Virus record (IMG/VR): IMGVR_UViG_3300017917_001996
Span: 124,001-188,000 of that record
Reading direction: 5' to 3' (one strand)
Length of the DNA: 64,000 nucleotides
A program made the translations under genes and the position numbers. How positions within the stretch are numbered: position 1 is the stretch's first letter; every line of letters begins with the position of its first letter. The notes under the pieces were generated by a model. It saw only the letters and a list, made by a program, of their open reading frames with translations. It had not been told where the DNA came from and did no database searches. Of this stretch, positions 8,123 to 17,200 are shown piece after piece.

Positions 8123-9442
8123 ATGGCATTGGTTAGCACATCATTATCGGTTAACGTTGGTAACATTTATGTAAGTTCAAGTAGTAATGCAATTACTACT
8201 ATGTACTTTTGTAATACCAGCGACACAACTGCACATTTTACGGTTTATGCAGTTCCTGCCAGCCAGGCCCCAGATCCGACAAAAATAATTTATTTTCAAG
8301 TTCCGTTGGCAGCACACGACACATATGTAGTCGACACTGAAAAATTAATACTTGAAGACGGCGATAGATTGTGTGCTAACATTGTTGATCCGTCAACATT
8401 AGCAATTAAAGGATTGTTTGGGTCGGGCTGGGGATCTAATGTAGTCTATGCTTCTATGTGGGCCACAGATAGAACAGAATATATTATTGTCGGGGATAGC
8501 GGCAAAGTTGCTATAAGTCAGACTGGTGAAAGCTGGGACTATCAACCCGGGGTTAGTTTTCTAGGTTGGCCTGCTGATGTTAAAGCCAACGACATTACAC
8601 GTATTCCATTATTGAAATACGTAATGGTTGGAGATAAAGGGTGGATGGCCGCTAGTGCCGACGGTGTAAACTGGGGTTACCAGAATGCGTTATTAACGTC
8701 CAGCTGGGGACCAGCAAATATCAATGCAATAACAAATAACGGCTCTGTTTATGTTGCAGTAGGAGATGGCGGCCGCGTAGCAACTAGCACTAATGGATAT
8801 ATTTGGACAGTGCAATCTGGATTATCCTCAACTGCTTGGGGTATAGCGAATGTATATACAATTATTTGGGATGGTCAAAGATTTTTAGTCGGTGGCGACG
8901 AAGGAAGAATAGCAACTAGTACTGATGCAATTACTTGGACATACGTGTCTAGTTTAGCCACAAATCCGTCGTGGGGTGTATCAACTAGATTGACTACATT
9001 AGTGTACTCCGGTAGCGCAGCTCTCGGTTATCTAGCAGTGTCATACGATAACAATAAAGCCGCTACTAGTTTAAACGGAATAAACTGGACGTATGATGCC
9101 GGCTTAGCAGGTGTTGCCAGCGCCACTGTTCCTGGATCTGGTGGCGCAACATATAAGCCTGGTTTTGGTTTTTATGTTATAGGCAACAGTTCAGAAATAT
9201 ATCATAGAGATACTAGCGGAACATGGGCAATGTATAACGGTCTAAGGTATCCACCGTGGTTGGGCCATGCAGGTACAGATATTATTTGGAACGGCGAACG
9301 TGCTGAATTTATGGCAGTAGGTCACGGAGCTAGAGTTGCTACTAGTAACAATGGCGAAGATTGGACTTTCCGTAGCAGCGGCAATGACACTAACATTATT
9401 ATGCCTGAAGTAGTTGCAACAGTGTTTAGTATTGGTATTTAA
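8123..9442 (+). CDS. Adaptor-family domain carrying an inserted 7-repeat BNR/YCF48-like beta-propeller
   Basis: N-terminal domain with KLILEDGD motif; seven VGD.G..A.S..G..W repeats. Confidence 0.7.
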   Translation: MALVSTSLSVNVGNIYVSSSSNAITTMYFCNTSDTTAHFTVYAVPASQAPDPTKIIYFQVPLAAHDTYVVDTEKLILEDGDRLCANIVDPSTLAIKGLFGSGWGSNVVYASMWATDRTEYIIVGDSGKVAISQTGESWDYQPGVSFLGWPADVKANDITRIPLLKYVMVGDKGWMAASADGVNWGYQNALLTSSWGPANINAITNNGSVYVAVGDGGRVATSTNGYIWTVQSGLSSTAWGIANVYTIIWDGQRFLVGGDEGRIATSTDAITWTYVSSLATNPSWGVSTRLTTLVYSGSAALGYLAVSYDNNKAATSLNGINWTYDAGLAGVASATVPGSGGATYKPGFGFYVIGNSSEIYHRDTSGTWAMYNGLRYPPWLGHAGTDIIWNGERAEFMAVGHGARVATSNNGEDWTFRSSGNDTNIIMPEVVATVFSIGI

Positions 9443-9444
9443 AC

Positions 9445-9858
9445 ATGGGAAGATATCTAAAAAATAGAGAGATACCTACTGCTAGTTATAGTGTTCGTAT
9501 TCCTATGGGTACTAATGCACTGGGGCCCGATGCTCCGGTTACGGGATTAATACGTTTTAACGAAACTGAAGACAATCCTCAGATTTATTTAAAAAATGCT
9601 TGGCGTAATTTTTTAGTTTCTTTAGAAACAATGATTTATCCATCCAAGGACACATTTTTTGGTGATGGTAATACAACAGACTTTGGCCCTATGCAGTACG
9701 GTTACCTGCAAGGTAATGAAATTATGATATTGGTGTTTATAGGTAACGTTTTTCAAAATCCTGGCGTAGCCTATATTGTATCGGATACGACAATTAGTTT
9801 TACTAGTCCACCACCTGATGGGCATCCAATTGTAATCTTACATGGATTTGCGAGATAA
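9445..9858 (+). CDS. Small virion structural protein
   Basis: GLIRFN motif and a F.GDG.T..F / GNVFQ.P..AY / ISFTSPP domain that recurs in ORFs 33282 and 41973. Confidence 0.6.
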   Translation: MGRYLKNREIPTASYSVRIPMGTNALGPDAPVTGLIRFNETEDNPQIYLKNAWRNFLVSLETMIYPSKDTFFGDGNTTDFGPMQYGYLQGNEIMILVFIGNVFQNPGVAYIVSDTTISFTSPPPDGHPIVILHGFAR

Positions 9859-9861
9859 ACA

Positions 9862-10686
9862 ATGGCAATAGGACGCATTACTGGCCCAATGCTTGTTCCA
9901 CATTTGGAACGACAAGGCATTGATTTGTATGTTGAAGACGGGTTACTTTACTTAAATGTAACTCAACGTAAAGTTGGTATTAACACCAAAACACCTAACG
10001 TTGAATTGGATGTTGTTGGCCGTGCAAACATTAGCTCTAACTTATTTGTTGGCGGCACAGTTACTGTTGGTAACTTGTATAGACTACCCACGGAAGCACC
10101 TTCTGGTGCTGGGCAGATTTTAACATCTGTTGGTTACGGCAATCTTGATACAGTCTGGGCACCCGGTCCCCCTGATCTATCGATACGTCGTAGAAGATAT
10201 GAAACTACTATAACCAGTTTACTAGGTTATGGCAGTGTTGATTTAGTTTTGAGCTTAGGTGTAAGTTCTATTGTTTATGGTGTTAGTGTTAGTAGACCGG
10301 TTAAAGTTGAAGTATTTGGGACTCCACAACGAGATGAGCCTAACCCTTATACTTTTATTGCTACACCAGATCATTTAACTGATGATGGAGTTGTAGTTCT
10401 CAACGACGGAAGTAGTTTTCAAAGTAGGCAATACAGTATTTTTTCAAATTTAGAAGAACCTGCACAACCAAATGTATATGTAACAGTGAGTAGTTTGGAT
10501 CCATTTGAAGCATCAACACCTGTTACATTAAGTTTGTGGTATTTCCCTGCTGTAACTGACAGTAGACCGGCAGTAGATGTAGTAACTGCGTTGCCAGCAG
10601 CCGGGTACGAAGGTAAAATGGTTTACAACACCTCTGACAGCAACCTTTACATTTGGGCTGAAGGGCAGTGGCGTCAAGGAAATTAA
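9862..10686 (+). CDS. Virion structural / fibre protein
   Basis: KVGINT..P...LDV.G fibre-shaft motif and C-terminal G.MVYNT....LYIW...W motif. Confidence 0.6.
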   Translation: MAIGRITGPMLVPHLERQGIDLYVEDGLLYLNVTQRKVGINTKTPNVELDVVGRANISSNLFVGGTVTVGNLYRLPTEAPSGAGQILTSVGYGNLDTVWAPGPPDLSIRRRRYETTITSLLGYGSVDLVLSLGVSSIVYGVSVSRPVKVEVFGTPQRDEPNPYTFIATPDHLTDDGVVVLNDGSSFQSRQYSIFSNLEEPAQPNVYVTVSSLDPFEASTPVTLSLWYFPAVTDSRPAVDVVTALPAAGYEGKMVYNTSDSNLYIWAEGQWRQGN

Positions 10687-10710
10687 CTGAGATAAAGAAT
10701 CATTTACAGT

Positions 10711-10718
10711 GATAAATA
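10711..10718 (+). promoter_or_regulatory. Late promoter box (GATAAATA)
   Basis: Intergenic TAAATA; SD TAAGGAG before ATG 10769. Confidence 0.65.
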
Positions 10719-10768
10719 AAATATAATCTGGTGCTTACTTTTGGCGCAAGATAAGGAGTATTATAACA

Positions 10769-12937
10769 ATGGCTACCATACGTACAATTTACGAAGTTTC
10801 TAAACCTCAGCAGCAATTTTATTCTGTTGAAAGGGTTGGATACACAGATTTAAGCACAGCAACATATCAGATTGTTAATGATCTATTGCAATTAGGCGCA
10901 TTTACAATTGCAAACGTTAACTTTAAATCTTTACAGTCTGGGTCCTTAAGTGCAGGATCTTGGCCAATTGGCGAAAGACAATACAGTTTAACATCCGGGG
11001 GCTCCGGTTACAAAGTTGGTGATGCACTAAAAGTCCAAGGCGGTGTTGGCACTACCCCTTACACTATACGAGTAGATTCAGTTAAAACAGAATCAAGACT
11101 TGGAGTAACTTATGGGGGTGTTATTAGTACATTTACGGTTACTGATGCAGGAACTTATACAGTTGATCCCGGTCCAGCCGACGATCTTCCTATTATCTAT
11201 ACTAATCCTTTGTATTCAGTTGCAACGCTAATAATCAGAGGTAATGTAACTAGTAGTACCGGTAATGTTGTTGTTCCGCCGGCTAGGAATTCTGCTCAAG
11301 TTAACGACACCGATTGGATTACGAGCTACGGCACTACCGGCGGAGGCGGTATTGATGGGTCACGTTGGCCTGAAGATGGAGCTTGGTGCTTTAACACAGA
11401 TTTTGATGCCAATGTTGTAATAGGTTCATTGGTTAGTTTTGAGTCGGGTAGCAACGATGCTTTGATCCCTGAAGGTACATATGTAACAAAGATTGTACCA
11501 ATCTCTGGAATTGTTAACGGCATATCGAGAGCAAGCTCCCTTGCTCCATATTATGAAAAAACAACAGAGGGATTCTACTTACAGTTTAGTCAACCTATAA
11601 CTATTAGAAAAGGAGATAGATTAAACTTTAGAGGTTTTGGTGCAACCGTAGAGAACCTTAATAAGAAAATTCCTAATCAATGGCAAGTTACACTCGAAGC
11701 TGGTGGTGCAGTTGATCCTCTCAATGATAACATTGGAGTGTTCGGCAATGTTGTAGCAGGTATAACCGACGGAAACGTCATCCAAGTTACTAACCTGGTA
11801 ACTTCTAATAATTATAATCCTGTTATATATGCAGGCCAAACTGTTACACAACCGCCTAATGCTATTGGTACCCCATTACCAGCTGGTGTATTAGTGAAGT
11901 CAGTAGACAACTATACGGAAGTAGTCGCAGGACAAAAAGTCTTTAAAGCAAATGTAACATTGAACACTAATGTAACGGTTCCTACAGATAAACAATTACA
12001 GTTTGTTTTCTCTAACCCGCAACCGTGGAGAGTCTGCTTCCAAGTTCTAGAAAACGTTACTACTCCAGCGTCAGGTTCTCAGATGTTATGTGTGTATGCT
12101 GCTACAGAGTTACAATTGCCAAACAACGGTGTCATTTACAAAGTAACTGATAGTTCAGGTACTCATGTAGACTGGGCAGGTTTAATAGGTAATGTTTGGT
12201 CTAACCCTGCAACTAAGAGACCAGACAGGTTCAGCTCTGATCAAGGTTTTTACAATAGAGAAGCTCGTATTAAAGATTCCCCAAACAACTATCCTATCAA
12301 CTACTCATTGACTATTACAAATAGAGGAATATTCCTTGGTATGTGGGAAGGTAACTGGAGTACTTTACAACTGAGCACTGTAGACACAACTAAAGATAAC
12401 TTTTTCAATTGGTTCTTGATTCAACGACCAGTAAACAGATTAACAGGGAAAGTTGTTACAACAGGTCGTTGCCCAGTATTCTGTATCAACGGTGTAGGAT
12501 TTAAGTATTGGAAATTTATTGTTCGCGAAGAGGATGTTTTACACCCAACTACAGGCCCAGTGAATTCTCAGTATAGAAAAGCTGACCCACTAAGTGATGC
12601 TATTTCTGACCCAGTAAACACACCTTACAGAGTACCAGCTGACTATCATACTATTGATAGTTTTGCAATACTTAACACTACTAGTCAAATTAGTTTAACT
12701 GAAGATAGTAAGTATCTGCTATCATTCTTGAATAATTTAACTACACCTAGATTCAGGTATCCTGATGAATTAGATATGATTGGACAGACATCAGCAGACG
12801 TTGTTGGACAAGGAGTTGAATTGTCGATTACTCCATATGGTCAGACTTTGCCTAGTACCTATCGCGCATTGCCTGCAAACAACAAATATAACACAGGTAT
12901 GAGAATTTGTGTTATCAAAGATATTCCAACAACATAA
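10769..12937 (+). CDS. Virion structural protein, paralog A
   Basis: Shares its C-terminal domain with the next gene (LT.TNRGIFLG.WEG, WFL.QRPV.RLTG, KF.VRE.D, RFRY.DELDM.G). Confidence 0.65.
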   Translation: MATIRTIYEVSKPQQQFYSVERVGYTDLSTATYQIVNDLLQLGAFTIANVNFKSLQSGSLSAGSWPIGERQYSLTSGGSGYKVGDALKVQGGVGTTPYTIRVDSVKTESRLGVTYGGVISTFTVTDAGTYTVDPGPADDLPIIYTNPLYSVATLIIRGNVTSSTGNVVVPPARNSAQVNDTDWITSYGTTGGGGIDGSRWPEDGAWCFNTDFDANVVIGSLVSFESGSNDALIPEGTYVTKIVPISGIVNGISRASSLAPYYEKTTEGFYLQFSQPITIRKGDRLNFRGFGATVENLNKKIPNQWQVTLEAGGAVDPLNDNIGVFGNVVAGITDGNVIQVTNLVTSNNYNPVIYAGQTVTQPPNAIGTPLPAGVLVKSVDNYTEVVAGQKVFKANVTLNTNVTVPTDKQLQFVFSNPQPWRVCFQVLENVTTPASGSQMLCVYAATELQLPNNGVIYKVTDSSGTHVDWAGLIGNVWSNPATKRPDRFSSDQGFYNREARIKDSPNNYPINYSLTITNRGIFLGMWEGNWSTLQLSTVDTTKDNFFNWFLIQRPVNRLTGKVVTTGRCPVFCINGVGFKYWKFIVREEDVLHPTTGPVNSQYRKADPLSDAISDPVNTPYRVPADYHTIDSFAILNTTSQISLTEDSKYLLSFLNNLTTPRFRYPDELDMIGQTSADVVGQGVELSITPYGQTLPSTYRALPANNKYNTGMRICVIKDIPTT

Positions 12938-12953
12938 TTAGGAGATTTATAAT

Positions 12954-14219
12954 ATGGCTTGTTTTTCAGTCACAAAAATAGGAATTTTAACAATTCCTGA
13001 ACTAGTTACTAACATTGTCAATGAAATGACCGGTAACGTCGCCGGTGGCGCAACTAATTCTATTCAATATTTTGATAAAGTATACGAAGGTAACAGCACA
13101 ACATATACTAGTAACAAAATTGTTATTTTAAAGTCTAATGTTGCAGTTGATCCATTGGCTAATGCATCGGTAGTAGGATCTTCGTTTGTGTCGAACACTT
13201 CACCTGGCTGGAGAATATGTTTTAACATTGATTCAACTCAAAAACGTATGCACGTTCATGTTGGAACAGATCTACAGTTGTCTAACAATGGTGCAATTGC
13301 AAGATTGAGCGATAGAGATACATCTTCTGCTCAGCCTATTGAACCAGTTGGAAACCTAACAGACACTTGGACAAATAATGGCCAGCCTGATCCAGATAAG
13401 TTTAATGAATTCTGGATAAACAGAAATGCAACTGGTACTGGTTATGAAGGTGCATATCCAATGAGCTACCTTCTTACTATGACTAATAGAGGCATTTTCT
13501 TAGGAGTATGGGAAGGAAGCCAAGAAGAAAATCCTCAAGGATTATCAGGGCCGTTTAAAAATGAAAACACTAACCCAGACTCTAACGCCGGTTATGGTAA
13601 TTCTCCGTTACGTTGGTTCTTAGTTCAAAGACCAGTTGACCGTTTGACAGGGCATGTTCGCGGTGGCGGCGCCCTTAGAGGCAGTAACGACCCAGCAGAC
13701 GAAAAGAGTAGATGTCCAGTTATTGCAATATCTGGATATGGTGCTCCGCAGAGATATAAAAAGTTTGTAGTCAGAGAAGTTGACATTCCGGTTCCGAGTC
13801 GTAAGAGACTTGCAGATGTGCAAACCGAAGACCAGCCTGCTATGTTAAATCCATATCAGCAACAGTCTTTAACTGAAACTGGTGAATTTATTGTTACGTT
13901 TATTAATTCAATTAATACATCACGTTTCCGTTATGCCGACGAGCTTGATATGCTAGGTACAGTAAGTGCTCGAGTAGTAGGTCCAGGTACGTCAATTACT
14001 GTTCGTGTATACGACGAGACTGACGATGGTACTCCTACTGGTATGCCAATGTATAGACAATACACAGCATTGTACTCGACTGAACGATATGGTGTTGGTA
14101 TGAGATTAATGGTTCTTACTAAGGTCGGTGTTGACATTAATGATCCTACCGATAATAGCCCTGCAGCAATACAACGAGCTATTGATGTCGAGAATCGCCA
14201 CGTGTTGCATTCAACTTGA
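12954..14219 (+). CDS. Virion structural protein, paralog B
   Basis: Same motifs as 10769-12937; SD AGGAG. Confidence 0.65.
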   Translation: MACFSVTKIGILTIPELVTNIVNEMTGNVAGGATNSIQYFDKVYEGNSTTYTSNKIVILKSNVAVDPLANASVVGSSFVSNTSPGWRICFNIDSTQKRMHVHVGTDLQLSNNGAIARLSDRDTSSAQPIEPVGNLTDTWTNNGQPDPDKFNEFWINRNATGTGYEGAYPMSYLLTMTNRGIFLGVWEGSQEENPQGLSGPFKNENTNPDSNAGYGNSPLRWFLVQRPVDRLTGHVRGGGALRGSNDPADEKSRCPVIAISGYGAPQRYKKFVVREVDIPVPSRKRLADVQTEDQPAMLNPYQQQSLTETGEFIVTFINSINTSRFRYADELDMLGTVSARVVGPGTSITVRVYDETDDGTPTGMPMYRQYTALYSTERYGVGMRLMVLTKVGVDINDPTDNSPAAIQRAIDVENRHVLHST

Positions 14220-14264
14220 TTTGAAAAGGAAAGTCTTTGAAACTTTTCAGTGTAACAGGGGTGC

Positions 14265-17200
14265 ATGATGTTCAGCAGCGCCTCGTCATGCATTCCTGAG
14301 TCACTAGTATCAGTTGACTTTGTTAGCCTTAAAGATCAAGTTCTTGATATCTCCATTGACGTAACTATCACAGTCAATGGAGAAATTATTTCTGATCGTC
14401 CAATTAATTTACTAATCGGCGACAGAGTTAAAGCCGAAGTAGTCAGTCCTCTAGGTTATTTACAATACCAGTTTTACGAATATTTTCTCGACGGACAAAA
14501 ACATCATTTTGCTGTAGTTAATAAAAGCTATTACGCACCTACTGTCAAAACAGCCGACGTTCCTAAAAAATGGTTCAACTATAATGTTTCTGATCTACGT
14601 ATAAGTTTCTACGACCCAGATGATGCAATAACCTATCCAATTGGTTTTGCTAAAAATTTTGTTGACATACAATCCTCGCATATCGTTCTAGACCACATAA
14701 ACAATACAGTTGGTTTCTATGGCGTTAATCATAATATGATTACAATGGTTACATTGCCAGGCGGACCAATTGAATATAAAAAGTTTTCCTATCAAATACC
14801 ACAAACAGATATTACAACCACCGATGTATTGGTACTTTGTTCTAATAGAAGATTATACCGTATTAGGTTTGATAACCGCTATTCGGATAACGGTGAATTT
14901 ACTCCTACTGTAATTCCTCTATTTAACTTAGGTAACCTTTGGTTTGATCAGGATATGCCTACAGGAGAGTCGTTTATTGAGTTCAGGCGTCAACGACTAT
15001 TGAATAAGTTATCTCCTGTATTAACAGCAATCGATATAGGTAACAATTACATCTGGCTAGCAGGCTACGACAGTATCTTTATTTTAAGTAAATCAAATTT
15101 TTCTCTTTTAAACACAATTAAGATAAATTTTGGAACAATAATATCAATATGTGCGATCAACAACGATGCTATTGCTACAACAAGGGACGGTAAGGTTCTT
15201 TATATTAATTACGCAGGAACAGTTACTACATTACATACTACCAGAGTTCTAGGAATGCCCTCCTCGATCAACAATAATACCGCTGTAGCGGTTCCTGACC
15301 CTGACAATAGATATATCTTAATTTTTGAGGATGATACGGGCAACTATACAACTTGGAACACTGAAGATTTTGCTCCTGCCTATGCCAGAGAATTTGAAGG
15401 ACAACTTTGGGTGACCGGGCACGATAACAATACAGTTCTACGATTTAATTCTCCCACCGACGTTTCAAAATTTAGTTTTGAAAATAAAGTTACTACAGTT
15501 TCAGTAGTTGGCAAATCAATACTAGCAACACATTACTTGCAAAACGTAACTACTTTAAACTTGGACGGTGTTGAAAAAATAATCTCGATGTCCTTTGAAA
15601 CTAAAAAAGGACCCATGAGTCATGTTGGTTCGGAACCTAATCGAGTAACTATGATAGGACAGGAAGGTATACTGCCCAAAACAAGTCCTGGACTAACTTG
15701 TTGGACTAACGGAATAATCAACGAGCCAACAAAGACAGGGGATTATGTAGGAGTTAGTTATCGAGGAGAAGCGGTCGGTAAATTCCGCTCGGTTTTAATT
15801 CTAGGTGAAACAGCTATCGATTACGATGTAGAAATAGCAGAAACTCCTGCAGAGTTTAAGTGTAGGAATTTTACACCTAAGGTAATTACATCAGACCAAA
15901 TAAGTACAACCACAGTTATTGTGTATATTGATCAAGATATTGAGTTAGAATCAAACATATTAGTGTCGGCAACGTTTGGCTACTTGTCTGTAAATAATGC
16001 AAGTTATTACGGTAAAGATTTTATAACTAAAAGTAGTTTTATTACACTTAAAGTTCCGTTTAACGATTCTTTAAGAGCAATTGCACCGATACTTAGCATT
16101 GGTACACATCAGATTGCTATTCCAATTAAATCATCGATCAACTCGCAGACAGAACTTGAATCATTATTACCTAGCAACATAACAAGTCTGACAGATCTTC
16201 TACCTAATGTAGTAGTCAATGGTTCTTTAATAATTCCTGTGACAGACAGTTACTTTATTCCTGATTATTATAGAGTTTCTACTGATCCAAACATTGGAGA
16301 TATAAATTTTACCTTAATAAGAGAAACTGAAGAAACTGTTCTTACTAAAGGTTTTACCTATGACCTTATGGCAGGCGATGAAGTTTTTGTTAGCAACATC
16401 GTTACATCTCCTAGCATCCATGACAAAAGACAGACTTTATTAGTGGGATCATTTGTAACAGGGCTATCCTGGCAAACAGCCGGTCCACCTCTAATAGACA
16501 CGTTGACTTTTGACACTTTAGTTGAACCATTCAAAAGCAATAATGAATATATCTTAATAGATGGTATTGTTTACGATGTTGGTTATAGATTATATGAATC
16601 TTCAATTGCAACGATAACATCTTCGAGTGCAATTACATGCAACCTTTATGTTAATAACAGCAATGCCGGTATGATCATTGATGGTAATACGGTCAACGGT
16701 TATTATGCCATTGATGTGCCAATTAGCTCGACAATTTCGTTAACTAGAAATATTACAGATTTCTTTCAAGAAGCTATTAATTTATACCAAGTTTTTTATG
16801 ATAATGAAATCTCAAGTAATGTTTATATCTCTGTGGGCAATTGGGACATTCAAAATAAGTACGGAACATCCTCAGATTTAGATACTAAGAATTTGGTACT
16901 AGAAGATATAAATTCTTCAATCATCGACGAACAGAATTTATTACATATAGCAATTACTCCAGAATCTCTAGCCGATTTATATACTCAGTTGGGAATTAAG
17001 ATCAGCGCACTGAATGTAAAATTTACAGAAATTCTTAAAGAGATTTCTGGGTTCGTATCACAGAGTCAAGATGCAATAATAGCTACACCACTCTCAGTAA
17101 TTCTTGAAAAATATAACGATGATTTAAAAACGGGTCAGAACTTCTTATCTTTCCAACAAATAAGTTTGTTTGATGTTAAACTTTCGATTGAAAATATATT

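Noticed and set aside
10726-10752. Possible leader hairpin before 10769
   Set aside because: Short stem with two G-U pairs and a mismatch; too weak to call without covariation.
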